From: an uncultured Candidatus Saccharibacteria bacterium | Lineage (GTDB): Bacteria; Patescibacteriota; Minisyncoccia; Portnoybacterales; UBA2143 | DNA: 48,911 nt | NCBI GenBank assembly: GCA_964420115.1 | Contig: CAYQQO010000001.1 | Span: forward strand, 5,778-54,688 | Direction: 5' to 3' | Shown here: positions 6,770 through 16,798 of the stretch, piece after piece | How the letters are laid out: each line of letters opens with the position of its first letter | How positions within the stretch are numbered: the first letter of the stretch is position 1 | Notes under the pieces: generated by a model | Databases searched by the model: none | The model's input: the letters and a program-made list of their open reading frames with translations, nothing else | Told to the model about the DNA's origin: nothing | Position numbers and translations under genes: made by a program

Positions 6770-9066
6770 CTTTAGAAGAAACATTAAAGTATGTTATCTG
6801 GGCTGGTTTGGCAGCCATAATGTTTACACCCTTAATTATTATTAGGGACTATTTTTTCCCCTTTATTGTCCCTAAGGCCTTGTATTTTAGGGTTATTGTT
6901 GAGGTGATTTTTTTGGCCTGGCTGGCCCTGGCTATAATTAAAAAAGAATATCGGCCGAAACTTAATATATTTATAATTCTGTTTGCCTTGTATTTTGTAG
7001 GTGTTTTTATTTCTTCTTTGTTTGGCGATAATTTTTATTTCAGTTTTTGGAGCAACAATGAAAGAAGCGAAGGTCTTTTGTTGTTAATGCATTTATTCAT
7101 TTTGGCTCTTATATTCAGCTCAATGATTAAAAGCCTGAAGGACTGGCTGACTCTTTTTGATATTTCTTTTTTAAGCAGTATTTTAGTCAGTTTTTTTGCT
7201 TTAAAGCAGTATTTTGAGCCCAGCTGGAAGTTTTTTGGCAATGCAGAAAGATTGTCAGCCACTATTGGCAACGCTGGTTATGTGGCTGGCTATTTAATTT
7301 TCAATATTTTCTTCGGCATCCTTTTATGCTTTTTGAGAAACAATAAATATCTGCGTTGGTATTATCTCGCAGGCATTTTATTCCAAATATTTATTGTTTT
7401 TAATACATTGACTCGAGGGGGAATTATTGCTCTGGTATTCTCCTTGGCGATCTTTGTTGCTTATTTGGTGTTTTTTTACTTTAGAAAAAACAAAATAGTT
7501 AAAAGAAGCGGCATAGTAATTTTGCTTTTGGGGGTTCTTTTTACGGGGCTGGTTTTTGGCAGCCAAGACGCTGATTGGGTTAAAAGCAACAAAGCTCTAA
7601 ACAGGGTCACTAATATTTCTATTGATTCTCCAACTGCTAAAAATCGTTTGATGACGTGGCAGTCTGCCTGGGAGGGGTTTAAAGAGAGGCCGATTTTAGG
7701 CTATGGTTATGAAAATTTTTATCAGGTTTTTGACAAGCATTTTAACCCTAAAATTTATAAGCATGCCGGCTCGGTGACTTGGTTTGATAGGGCCCATAAT
7801 ATTGTTTTTGACAGGCTTATTACCGGCGGCATTATCGGCCTGCTTTTATATTTAGCAATGATTTTTGTTCCTCTTATATTCATTTGGAGGGCTTATAGAA
7901 AAAAAGAAGAAAATACCAATTATTTAATTCCGGTAATTTTTACCCTTATTATTCTTGCTTACTTTGTGCAAAATCTTTTTATATTTGAGGCTTTGGTTAC
8001 TTATATTCCTTTGTTTTTAGTTTTAAGTTTTTTGGGGAATTTTTCTCCAAGCTGGGGCGATAAATTTTCTCAATCAAAAAAACCATACTTGGTTTTGCTG
8101 ACAATTGGCGTTGTTGTCTTTTTCCCAATTTTGTTTAGTGTTAATGTCAAGCCGGTCCAGGCCAATAAATTGCTTGTTGAGGGGATAATTCTTAGAAATT
8201 CAAACAGGCCCTTGGAGGCGTATGATAAATATATAGAAGCCATTGAGATGGAAACTTTTGGTAACGCTGAATATCGCCAACATTTTGGCGAATTTGTCGC
8301 CGCGGCAATCAACAACGAAGAAGTTGACAGAAATTGGCGTTCTCAAGCCGCTTTAAGAGCAGAAAAAGAATTTGACGAACAGTTAGAGCGAAGATCAAAA
8401 AGCGTTAGAATTTACTTAATGACAATTAGGTTTTTGAATAAAAGCTATGTTTTTGATGTGACTCGGTTGGAAAAAGCTTTAACTCTTTTTGAAGAAGCGG
8501 TTGTTTTGAGCCCGACAAGGCAAGCTCTTTATACTGAAGCCGCCTATAGCCAATATTTCCTTGGCAAGTTTTATAAAGACCAGGGAGAGTTGGAAAAAGG
8601 CGAAGAGCTATTTGATAAATCGCTGGCTAATATGCAGAAAGCCATTGATTTAAATGAGACAATTGCTGAATCCTATTCCAACTATATTATGATCCTTCTT
8701 GTAACTGGGAGAAGCGACCAAATCGCTCCCTATTATGAAGAAATGAAAAGAATAAACGAAGCTAATTACTTTTTTAGGGTAGAGGATTTCTTAAGCAGAA
8801 TAGGCAGTTCGGCAATTCATGCAGAAGATTATCAATGGGCGTCTATTATTTACAAAGATCTTTTAACCTATATTAAAAACTGTGAAATTGTTGCTGAAAA
8901 CGAAGCTAATTACCACATTAATTTAGCTTTGGCCTACGCTTATTTGGGCCAAAACGATAAAGCGATTGAAACAATTGAAACAGCAAGGGAGATAAAAAAA
9001 TTCGGCCCTAATTTTGCCGAAGAAGTCGAGAAATTTATCCAGAACGCAATTTATCCAGAACGTTAA
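6766..9066 (+). CDS. Wzy_C-family (O-antigen ligase / O-oligosaccharyltransferase-like) polytopic membrane protein with a C-terminal TPR domain, 766 aa
   Basis: About 12 TM helices. Wzy_C-type motif LTRGGIIALVFSLAIFV, then a periplasmic loop with PILGYGYENFYQVF. C-terminal soluble TPR-like repeats (ALAYAYLGQNDKAIETIETA). Confidence 0.7.
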   Translation: MTLEETLKYVIWAGLAAIMFTPLIIIRDYFFPFIVPKALYFRVIVEVIFLAWLALAIIKKEYRPKLNIFIILFALYFVGVFISSLFGDNFYFSFWSNNERSEGLLLLMHLFILALIFSSMIKSLKDWLTLFDISFLSSILVSFFALKQYFEPSWKFFGNAERLSATIGNAGYVAGYLIFNIFFGILLCFLRNNKYLRWYYLAGILFQIFIVFNTLTRGGIIALVFSLAIFVAYLVFFYFRKNKIVKRSGIVILLLGVLFTGLVFGSQDADWVKSNKALNRVTNISIDSPTAKNRLMTWQSAWEGFKERPILGYGYENFYQVFDKHFNPKIYKHAGSVTWFDRAHNIVFDRLITGGIIGLLLYLAMIFVPLIFIWRAYRKKEENTNYLIPVIFTLIILAYFVQNLFIFEALVTYIPLFLVLSFLGNFSPSWGDKFSQSKKPYLVLLTIGVVVFFPILFSVNVKPVQANKLLVEGIILRNSNRPLEAYDKYIEAIEMETFGNAEYRQHFGEFVAAAINNEEVDRNWRSQAALRAEKEFDEQLERRSKSVRIYLMTIRFLNKSYVFDVTRLEKALTLFEEAVVLSPTRQALYTEAAYSQYFLGKFYKDQGELEKGEELFDKSLANMQKAIDLNETIAESYSNYIMILLVTGRSDQIAPYYEEMKRINEANYFFRVEDFLSRIGSSAIHAEDYQWASIIYKDLLTYIKNCEIVAENEANYHINLALAYAYLGQNDKAIETIETAREIKKFGPNFAEEVEKFIQNAIYPER

Positions 9067-9072
9067 AGATGG

Positions 9073-10326
9073 TTATTTTAGCAATAAATAAATATGCTTT
9101 GTTTTATTTATCATTGTTTCCAAGCTGAATTCTTTTTCCAATTTTTGTTTGGCATTTTTGGTTAATTGCCGCCCTTTTTTTGGGTTATTTAATAAGTAAT
9201 TAATTTTTTCAGCCAATTGTTGGCTGTTTTTTGGTTCTGTCAAAAGACCGCTTTTATTATTTGTTATTATTTCCGGAATGCCGCCGACTTGGCTGGCTAC
9301 AACCGGCGCTCCACCGGCCATCGCCTCTAAGATGGTGTAGGGAAGCCCTTCTTTTAAAGAAGGGAGGACGAATATATCAAAAGCGGTAATATAGGAAGCG
9401 GCGTTATAAGTCCATTCAATTAAATGGATGTTTTTTAATTGTTTTTCTTTGATGTATTTTTTAATCTTCTCTTTATCGGGGTTTTCTCCGCTGCCTATTA
9501 AAACAAAATTAATTTCTTTTTTTGACTGTTTAATTTGAGTTGCCGCTTCTAAGAGATAAATTATCCCTTTGTTTTTTGTCCACTCAGCGATTGTCCCAAC
9601 CACTAGATAGCATCTTTTGCCAATAAGTTTTTTTTGCGCTTTATCGCGCGGCAGAAAGGAAGTTTTTTTAGAATCAATCCCGTTATAAATAGTGGTTAGC
9701 TTGTTAGCTGGCGCTGTTTTATGCCTAAGAGCCATTAAGCGATCATATTCTGAAACGCAAATAATCTTATCATAAAAAAGCGAAGTGATTTTGCTGAAAA
9801 ATCTGATTAAAAAAAGCTGATACTTGGTTCTTTCTTCATTAAAAGCCCAGCCGTGGACAGTGAAAACAAGTGAAAAAGGGCGTCGGCTTATAATTTTATA
9901 AAAAAAGCCGGCCAATCCGACTATGCCGCCAGCTTTAGAGCTGTTGACATGGACGATGCGCGGTTTTGTATTAAGAAGAAGGCGGAAAACATCCCAGCCA
10001 GCTAAAATATCTTTAAAAATATTAACTGATTTCTGGAATCCTTTTATTTCAAAATAAGGAATATTTGCCCCCTTTATTTTTTGAGCTAATTGCCTCTGCC
10101 CGCCGGCTGCCACCATAACTTCAAAGTTATTAGAAAAATTATTAGCTAAATCATAAACATATTTAGCCGCCCCGCCCCAGACAGATTTTGTGATAATATA
10201 AAGAATCCGCTTCTCTTTTTTTGTTTTTGGCGGGAAGTTTTTATCGTTGGAGAAACCGAGTTGGCCTGCCGAGCTTTTCTTTTTATTAGAGCCGTCATTA
10301 GGCAAGTGAGTTGATATTTTAGCCAT
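9073..10326 (-). CDS. GT4-family glycosyltransferase, 417 aa
   Basis: GT-B C-terminal signature EGLPYTILEAMAGGAPVVASQVGGIPEII (E-x7-E). Basic or disordered N-terminal extension. It is the only minus-strand gene in this part of the window. Confidence 0.85.
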   Translation of the reverse strand: MAKISTHLPNDGSNKKKSSAGQLGFSNDKNFPPKTKKEKRILYIITKSVWGGAAKYVYDLANNFSNNFEVMVAAGGQRQLAQKIKGANIPYFEIKGFQKSVNIFKDILAGWDVFRLLLNTKPRIVHVNSSKAGGIVGLAGFFYKIISRRPFSLVFTVHGWAFNEERTKYQLFLIRFFSKITSLFYDKIICVSEYDRLMALRHKTAPANKLTTIYNGIDSKKTSFLPRDKAQKKLIGKRCYLVVGTIAEWTKNKGIIYLLEAATQIKQSKKEINFVLIGSGENPDKEKIKKYIKEKQLKNIHLIEWTYNAASYITAFDIFVLPSLKEGLPYTILEAMAGGAPVVASQVGGIPEIITNNKSGLLTEPKNSQQLAEKINYLLNNPKKGRQLTKNAKQKLEKEFSLETMINKTKHIYLLLK

Positions 10327-10348
10327 TTTTTAGTATATTAAGCTATAT

Positions 10349-11515
10349 ATGGGCAATAATCAAGGGGCAAAGGTCTTGATTTTTTCAATGACATATCTGC
10401 CTTTTATTGGCGGAGCAGAGCTGGCGGTTAAGGAAATTACCGACCGCCTTAATAATTTTAGCTTTGATTTAATTACCGCCCGGCTGGACAGAAAACTGGC
10501 TAAGTTTGAGAGAATAGGCAATATCAATGTTTATCGGGTTGGCTATGGCTGGTTTTTAGACAAATATCTTTTTCCTTGCTTGGCATATTTTAAAGCCGTG
10601 AAATTGCATCAGCAAAATAATTATCAGGTTGTTCAGGCGATTATGGCTTTTTACGCTGGCTTAGCCGCCTTATTCTTTAAGTGGCGCTACAAAAAAGTTA
10701 AGTATCTTTTGACTATGCAAAGCGGTGATTCGGATTTATTTATCTGGCTGCGTACTTGGTTTTGGTATCCAATTTACAAAAAAATTTATACCAACGCCGA
10801 TTACATCCAAGCCATTAGCCGTTTTTTAGAAAAAAGAGCTATAAAATACGGGTACAAAGGAAAGGTTGAAATTGTTCCTAACGGGGTTGATATAGAGAGG
10901 TTTGCGAACAATAATGGCCGGGCCAAAGAGCTAAGGCGGAAACTCGGTATTAAAGAAAACGAAAAGGTTGTTATCACTGTTTCCCGCTTGGTTATGAAAA
11001 ACGGGATAGATGATTTGATTAAAGCAGGAAAATATTTAGATTTCACCTTTAAAATATTAATTATTGGTAAAGGGAAAGATGAAAAAAAATTAAAAAAAAT
11101 GACTCAAAGTTTGGGGCTTGAGAACAAAGTAATTTTTCTTGAGCAGATTATCCATAAAGATTTGCCCCAATATTTATTTTTATCCCATATTTTTGTTAGG
11201 CCTTCTTTGTCTGAGGGATTGGGTAGCGCTTTTTTAGAAGCGATGGCCGCTGGCTTGCCTGTTGTTGCCACGCCTGTGGGAGGAATTCCTGATTTTTTAA
11301 AAGATCCTTCTGAAAATTTAGAAGAGGCGACAGGTGTATTTTGTCGCATTTCAGATCCTAAAAGCGCGGCGGAAAAAATTAAACTATTGGTGGAAAACAA
11401 CCAATTAAGAGAAAAAATTATTAAAAACGGGAAGGAAATGGTTTCAAAAGATTATAACTGGCAAATGGTTTCTAAAAAAATGGAAAATATTTTTAATAAA
11501 TTATGCGCGTCTTAA
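10349..11515 (+). CDS. GT4-family glycosyltransferase, 388 aa
   Basis: SEGLGSAFLEAMAAGLPVVATPVGGIPDFL. N-terminal GGAE motif (FIGGAELAV). Confidence 0.85.
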   Translation: MGNNQGAKVLIFSMTYLPFIGGAELAVKEITDRLNNFSFDLITARLDRKLAKFERIGNINVYRVGYGWFLDKYLFPCLAYFKAVKLHQQNNYQVVQAIMAFYAGLAALFFKWRYKKVKYLLTMQSGDSDLFIWLRTWFWYPIYKKIYTNADYIQAISRFLEKRAIKYGYKGKVEIVPNGVDIERFANNNGRAKELRRKLGIKENEKVVITVSRLVMKNGIDDLIKAGKYLDFTFKILIIGKGKDEKKLKKMTQSLGLENKVIFLEQIIHKDLPQYLFLSHIFVRPSLSEGLGSAFLEAMAAGLPVVATPVGGIPDFLKDPSENLEEATGVFCRISDPKSAAEKIKLLVENNQLREKIIKNGKEMVSKDYNWQMVSKKMENIFNKLCAS

Positions 11516-12618
11516 TTACCACGGGCCTTTTTCCGCCGGAAATTGGCGGACCGGCAACATACAGCAAACTGCTTTTGGATGAATTGCCTAAACATGGTTT
11601 GGAGGTAGATGTTTTACCCTTTTCAAAAGTACGCGATTTACCCAATGGCATTAGGCATTTAGCTTATTTGGGAGAAATTTTAAATATTTCTTTAAAGCCG
11701 GATATTATTTTTGCCCAAGATCCTGTTAGCGTGGGTTTTTCTTCATTCTTAGCCGCTAAAATTATGCGCAAAAAGTTTATTTTAAAAATTGTCGGCGATT
11801 ATGCTTGGGAGCAGGGAAAGCAAAGGTGGCATATCAAAGACGGTTTAGACAAGTTTCAGCAAAAAGAATATGGTTGGCAGGTGGGATTGCTAAAAAAAAT
11901 AGAAAAAATAGTCGCCAAAAGCGCCGACCAAATTATTGTCCCGAGCAATTATTTAAAAAACATTATTTCTGGGTGGGGAGTTGATAAGGATAAAATAAAT
12001 GTCGTCTATAACGCTGTTTCAAAAATGACGGAGATAAAAGTAAGCCGAAAAGAAGCGCAGGATAAAATTGGCATTAAGGGAGATATTTTGCTCTCGGCTG
12101 GCCGCTTGGTGCCTTGGAAAGGGTTTGATGCCTTGGTCGGAATAATACCCTTTTTAATAAAAAAAAATAAAAATATTAAATTAATAATTATTGGCGGAGG
12201 AAATTACAAAGAAACTTTAGAGAGAAAAATTAACCAATTGGGACTAAAAGAAAGCGTCTTTTTAACGGGCCAAGTAGAAAGAAATAAACTTCCTCTTTAT
12301 TTTAAGGCCTCTAAAATATTTATTTTAAACACTCATTATGAGGGTTTGCCTCATTTGGTTTTAGAGGCGATGCAAATGAAAAGGCCTGTTATTACCACTA
12401 ATATTGGCGGCAATCCAGAGGTGATTAAAAATATGGTTAGCGGCATTTTAACAGAACCAGATAATAAAAAAGAAATAATAGAAGCAATAGAAAAAACATT
12501 AAAAGATGAAGAGTTTTATAATAGGTTGGTTAGAAACGCACATAATAATTTGAGTAAGTTTAGTTTTGAAAATATGATTAATAAAACTTTAAAAGTGTTG
12601 TATTTATTTACGCAGTGA
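11503..12618 (+). CDS. GT4-family glycosyltransferase, 371 aa
   Basis: YEGLPHLVLEAMQMKRPVITTNIGGNPEVI. N-terminal PPEIGGPATY. 13-nt overlap with the upstream gene. Confidence 0.85.
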   Translation: MRVLITTGLFPPEIGGPATYSKLLLDELPKHGLEVDVLPFSKVRDLPNGIRHLAYLGEILNISLKPDIIFAQDPVSVGFSSFLAAKIMRKKFILKIVGDYAWEQGKQRWHIKDGLDKFQQKEYGWQVGLLKKIEKIVAKSADQIIVPSNYLKNIISGWGVDKDKINVVYNAVSKMTEIKVSRKEAQDKIGIKGDILLSAGRLVPWKGFDALVGIIPFLIKKNKNIKLIIIGGGNYKETLERKINQLGLKESVFLTGQVERNKLPLYFKASKIFILNTHYEGLPHLVLEAMQMKRPVITTNIGGNPEVIKNMVSGILTEPDNKKEIIEAIEKTLKDEEFYNRLVRNAHNNLSKFSFENMINKTLKVLYLFTQ

Positions 12619-12681
12619 GCAGGTGGAAGACAAAAATTTGTTTTTGTTTTTCCGGGCGAACAAGTAAATACGCGAAGTTAT

Positions 12682-13842
12682 ATGCGCGTCTTAATGATTA
12701 GTTTGGATAAAACTCTTTTGGGTGGAGATTACAGCGGCGATGTGATAGAAAGACATAAAAGATACGGGGAAACGGCGGGCAGTTTGGAAATTATTGTTTT
12801 TTCAAAAGGTCAAGACAAAACAGCAAGCGTTCTCCCCCGCGGCTTGGATAAAAAAAGGATTAGTTCCCATTTAAGCGTTTATTCAACAAATTCTACAAAA
12901 AAGATAAATTATGTTTTTGACGCTTTTAATATTGCCAAAAGCATTTATTGGCCTGATAAGTTTGATTTAGTTGTTGCTCAAGATCCTTTTTTGACGGGTT
13001 TGGCTGGCTGGTTGATTAAAAAAAGATGCGAGGCGCCGCTGTTAGTCCATTTTCATGGCGATTTTTGGCAGAATAAGTGTTGGCTTTGGGAAAAATGGTT
13101 TAACCCTTTTCTTTTAGTTTTAAGCAAGCTATTGGTTGGGGGGGCTGACGGCGTCAGAGTGGTTAGTTCTATTATTAAAAGAAAACTTGTCAAATCAGGA
13201 ATAGATAAAAAGAAAATCAAAATTATTCCTACACCGGTTAATGTAGAAAAGTTTGTTTACTGCGACCCAGACCAATTAAGAGATTTGAGGAAAAATATTT
13301 TTGAGGGGAGAAAAACCGTTATTAATGTTGGCAGAGACGATTTGTCTAAGGATTACTCTACCTTGATTAAAACAATTGAATTGATTAATGATAAATACAG
13401 GAGTTTGGCTTTTTGCCAAATAGGGGCTGATCTTCAATTGGAAAAGAAAGTCAAAGCAGATGAAAACTTAATTTTAGCTTCTTATGGGAAAATGAGCCAA
13501 GAGGAATTGGCTAATTATTATCACGCCGCCCACGTCTATTTGTCAACTTCAAAACATGAAAGCTTTGGCAAGGTTTTGATTGAAGCGATGGCCTCTGGTC
13601 TGCCGGTTGTGGCTACGGCCACTACTGGTTCTAAGGGAATTATTAGAAACGGATATAATGGTTACCTGGTTCCTATTGGCGATAGTCAAGCGTTGGCCAG
13701 AAAAGTTTTATACCTGCTTAATAATCCCCAAAGAGCCAGAGAAATAGGGCAAAGGGGGAGAAAATTAGTAAGGGAAAAATTTGGCCAGGAAGAAAAGGTC
13801 AAAGATATTATTGGTTTTTGGGAATATTTATCACGCCAATAA
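12682..13842 (+). CDS. GT4-family glycosyltransferase, 386 aa
   Basis: HESFGKVLIEAMASGLPVVATATTGSKGII. It starts with the same ATGCGCGTCTTAAT as the gene at 11503, so the two are paralogues. Confidence 0.85.
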   Translation: MRVLMISLDKTLLGGDYSGDVIERHKRYGETAGSLEIIVFSKGQDKTASVLPRGLDKKRISSHLSVYSTNSTKKINYVFDAFNIAKSIYWPDKFDLVVAQDPFLTGLAGWLIKKRCEAPLLVHFHGDFWQNKCWLWEKWFNPFLLVLSKLLVGGADGVRVVSSIIKRKLVKSGIDKKKIKIIPTPVNVEKFVYCDPDQLRDLRKNIFEGRKTVINVGRDDLSKDYSTLIKTIELINDKYRSLAFCQIGADLQLEKKVKADENLILASYGKMSQEELANYYHAAHVYLSTSKHESFGKVLIEAMASGLPVVATATTGSKGIIRNGYNGYLVPIGDSQALARKVLYLLNNPQRAREIGQRGRKLVREKFGQEEKVKDIIGFWEYLSRQ

Positions 13843-13852
13843 AACAAAAATT

Positions 13853-15730
13853 ATGTGCGGCATTAATGGATTTAATTTTAACCAACCGGATTTGATTCGG
13901 CAGATGAATAAGAGGATTGGTCATCGCGGTCCTGACTTTGAAGATGTTTATTTAACTGATGATTTTTCTTTGGGGCATGTTCGTTTATCAATAATTGATT
14001 TGTCGGAAAAAGCTAAACAACCGATGTTTAATGAGGATAAATCGCTAGCTTTGGTTTTCAACGGAGAAATTTACAATTACAGAGAATTAAAAAATGATTT
14101 AGAAAAAAGAGGCCATCGTTTTTTGAGTCAGTCAGATTCAGAAATTATTTTACACCTTTATGAAGATTTAGGCGTTGATTGTCTAAAAAAGTTAAATGGG
14201 ATGTTTGCTTTTGCTGTTTTGAATATTAATAAAGGGGAAGTGTTTTTGGCTCGCGATAGAATAGGTATAAAGCCTCTTTATTATTATTTTAGCCGCTCGG
14301 CGGGAAAAAACGGGGGAGCTAAGTTTATTTTTTCCTCTGAAATAAAAGGAATTTTAGAGCACAATATTGAAAGAGAAATTAGTATGGAGGCCTTTAATCA
14401 TTACTTCCGCCTTCATTATATCCCGCATCCTTATACAATTTTTAAAAATATTTATAAAATCCCCCCAGCCAGTTATTTGCTTTTAAAAAACAACCAGCTA
14501 ATCATTAAGAAATACTGGCGAATAAATGATTACAGCGATTTAGAATCCGAAGACGAGATTATAGAAAAAATACAATACTTAATGGAAGATTCTGTTAGAA
14601 GGCAGCTTATTTCTGATCGGCCATTGGGCCTCTTTTTGTCAGGCGGGGTTGATTCTACCTCTATTTTAGGGACAATGCGCCAGTTGGGGCACCAAAAGAT
14701 AAAGACATTTTCTGTTGGTTTTGATTTTGATTCTGACTATTACAATATTGATTTTAATCTGGCTAAAAAAATAAGCCGGCATTACCAGACAGACCATCAC
14801 GAGTTTTTAGTCAGCGGTCGCGATATGCTGAAAAATATAGAAAAAGTTGTTTACCAGATGGACGAGCCAATAGCCAACGCTACTCAAATTGTTACCTATC
14901 TTTTGTCAAAATACACTCGCCAGGAAGTGGCTGTTGTTTTGGGCGGGGACGGCGGAGACGAGCTTTTCGGCGGCTATAAACGGTATGCTTACAGTCAGCT
15001 GGCCGGCAAATGGCAATTAATCCCCCTGTTTTTGAGAAAAAACATAATTGCTAAAATGCTTATTGATTCATCGGGAAAATATTTAGGGAAAGGAGATTTA
15101 TTGGATAAACTCAATGTGCCGCCCGGGGCAGAAAAGTACTTAATGTTTATGTCGCAGAAAGATAATGTTTTAAAAGAAGTTTTAAAAGAAAATTATTTTG
15201 AAAAAGATTTAACAAAAGAATTTTTCCAAGATAAATATTTTGATAAATTTTCAGGAGATGATTTTGAAAAATATTTTATGCTGGTTGATTTACAAAGCTG
15301 GTTGGTTGATGAATCATTGATGAGAACAGATAAAATGACCATGGCTTTTGGTTTGGAAGAAAGAGTGCCTATTTTGGATCATCGCTTGGTGGAGCTATCA
15401 GCAAAAATCCCAAGCTGTTTAAAGCTCAAAAGCGGCGGAAAGCATATTTTTAAAAAAGCAATGGGAGAACATTTGCCTGATTATGTTGTTAATGCCCCTA
15501 AAAGAGGATGGTTTTCGCCTGTTGCCAAGTGGCTTAGGACTGACTTGAAAGATTTTGCTTACCAAGTTTTGTCTGAAAGCTACTGTCCTAAAACAAATGA
15601 TTATTTTGATTTTAAGGGGATTAGAAATATATTGGATGATCATATAGAGAAGAAGCGCTATAATCTGACTGCTCTTTTAGTTTTAATTACTTGGCAGGTT
15701 TGGGCAAGGCAGTATTTGTCCCGCCAATAG
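13853..15730 (+). CDS. asnB: Asparagine synthase (glutamine-hydrolysing) family amidotransferase, 625 aa
   Basis: The start was moved to the in-frame ATG that gives the obligatory N-terminal Met-Cys (MCGINGF) of Ntn amidotransferases. PP-loop LFLSGGVDSTS. The track ORF begins 72 nt earlier, inside the previous gene. Confidence 0.85.
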   Translation: MCGINGFNFNQPDLIRQMNKRIGHRGPDFEDVYLTDDFSLGHVRLSIIDLSEKAKQPMFNEDKSLALVFNGEIYNYRELKNDLEKRGHRFLSQSDSEIILHLYEDLGVDCLKKLNGMFAFAVLNINKGEVFLARDRIGIKPLYYYFSRSAGKNGGAKFIFSSEIKGILEHNIEREISMEAFNHYFRLHYIPHPYTIFKNIYKIPPASYLLLKNNQLIIKKYWRINDYSDLESEDEIIEKIQYLMEDSVRRQLISDRPLGLFLSGGVDSTSILGTMRQLGHQKIKTFSVGFDFDSDYYNIDFNLAKKISRHYQTDHHEFLVSGRDMLKNIEKVVYQMDEPIANATQIVTYLLSKYTRQEVAVVLGGDGGDELFGGYKRYAYSQLAGKWQLIPLFLRKNIIAKMLIDSSGKYLGKGDLLDKLNVPPGAEKYLMFMSQKDNVLKEVLKENYFEKDLTKEFFQDKYFDKFSGDDFEKYFMLVDLQSWLVDESLMRTDKMTMAFGLEERVPILDHRLVELSAKIPSCLKLKSGGKHIFKKAMGEHLPDYVVNAPKRGWFSPVAKWLRTDLKDFAYQVLSESYCPKTNDYFDFKGIRNILDDHIEKKRYNLTALLVLITWQVWARQYLSRQ

Positions 15731-15754
15731 GAAAAAATTGGTAAAACGAAAAAT

Positions 15755-16798
15755 ATGAAATTATTAATGATTACCAGAAAAATAGATAAAGACGATCCCC
15801 AGGCCGGCTTTGCTTATAACTGGGTTAGAAAGCTGGGCCAGCGGTTGGACCAATTGAAGGTAATTTGTTTGGAAAAAGGAAATGCTTCTGGCTTGTCTAA
15901 TAATATAGAAATTTTTTCTTTAGGCAAAGAAAGGGGCAAAAATCGCTTAGCCGAGTTTATAAACCTCCAAAAAGGGGCAATAAAATTTATCAGGCATGTT
16001 GACGGAGTTTTTTGCCACCAGAACGCTGAATATATAATTTTAATTTCTCCTTATGCTAAAATATTTAGGAAAAAGATAGTTAGTTTTTACGGCCATAAAG
16101 CAGTTAATTGGAAAACAAAATTAATAGCTCTTTTGGCAGATGTAGTTGTCACTTCCAGTAGAGCAGGCTTTAATATAGACACCCCGAAGAAAAAGGTTAT
16201 TGGCCAGGGGGTAGACACAGAGTTATTCAGGCCTGATTTTACTAAAAAAGAAAAAGGCGTTTTAAAAATTATTTCAGTTGGCAGATATTCGCCGATAAAA
16301 GATTACATAACTCTGGTAAGGGCAGTCAGTTTAATAAAAAGACAGAGAGACGATGTTTCTCTCTGTGTCTTTGGCAATATTACTGCCGATGAACAGGAAA
16401 AATATTATAATAAGATTAAAGGGCTGGTAAGGGAATTGGGCCTTGAAAATAATGTTCTTTTAAGCCGCGGCATTTCGCAGAAAGAACTGGCTGGAATATA
16501 CAGGAGTTTTGACTTGGCTGTTAATTTATGTCCGACTGGCGCTCCGGATAAAGCCGGCTTTGAAGCGATGGCCTCGGGCCTGCCTCTTTTTACTTCTAAT
16601 AAAAGCTTTGAGAAAGATTTCGGCCCCTATGTCAATCAGCTTGTTTTTAAAGAAAAAGATGAAAGAGATTTAGCTGATAAAATTATTAATTTATCTGAAA
16701 AGCGCAAAATGGAAGAAATGGGATTATTTTTAAGAAAACAAGTTATTAAAAAACATAATTTGGATAATTTATTGGATAAAATATTACAATGCTTTTGA
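15755..16798 (+). CDS. GT-B (GT4-like) glycosyltransferase, 347 aa
   Basis: C-terminal PDKAGFEAMASGLPLFTSN. The length and layout fit a GT-B fold. Confidence 0.65.
   Translation: MKLLMITRKIDKDDPQAGFAYNWVRKLGQRLDQLKVICLEKGNASGLSNNIEIFSLGKERGKNRLAEFINLQKGAIKFIRHVDGVFCHQNAEYIILISPYAKIFRKKIVSFYGHKAVNWKTKLIALLADVVVTSSRAGFNIDTPKKKVIGQGVDTELFRPDFTKKEKGVLKIISVGRYSPIKDYITLVRAVSLIKRQRDDVSLCVFGNITADEQEKYYNKIKGLVRELGLENNVLLSRGISQKELAGIYRSFDLAVNLCPTGAPDKAGFEAMASGLPLFTSNKSFEKDFGPYVNQLVFKEKDERDLADKIINLSEKRKMEEMGLFLRKQVIKKHNLDNLLDKILQCF

Noticed and set aside
13781-13852. Upstream extensions of track ORFs (13781, 25780, 32520 and 37518) as the true starts
   Set aside because: The extensions overlap the preceding gene. 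For the two AsnB homologues they would bury the catalytic N-terminal Cys. In-frame ATGs at 13853, 25792, 32592 and 37566 give canonical N-termini (MCG..., MKVEFF..., MKLSIILPIYNE) and TAATG or ATGA coupling.
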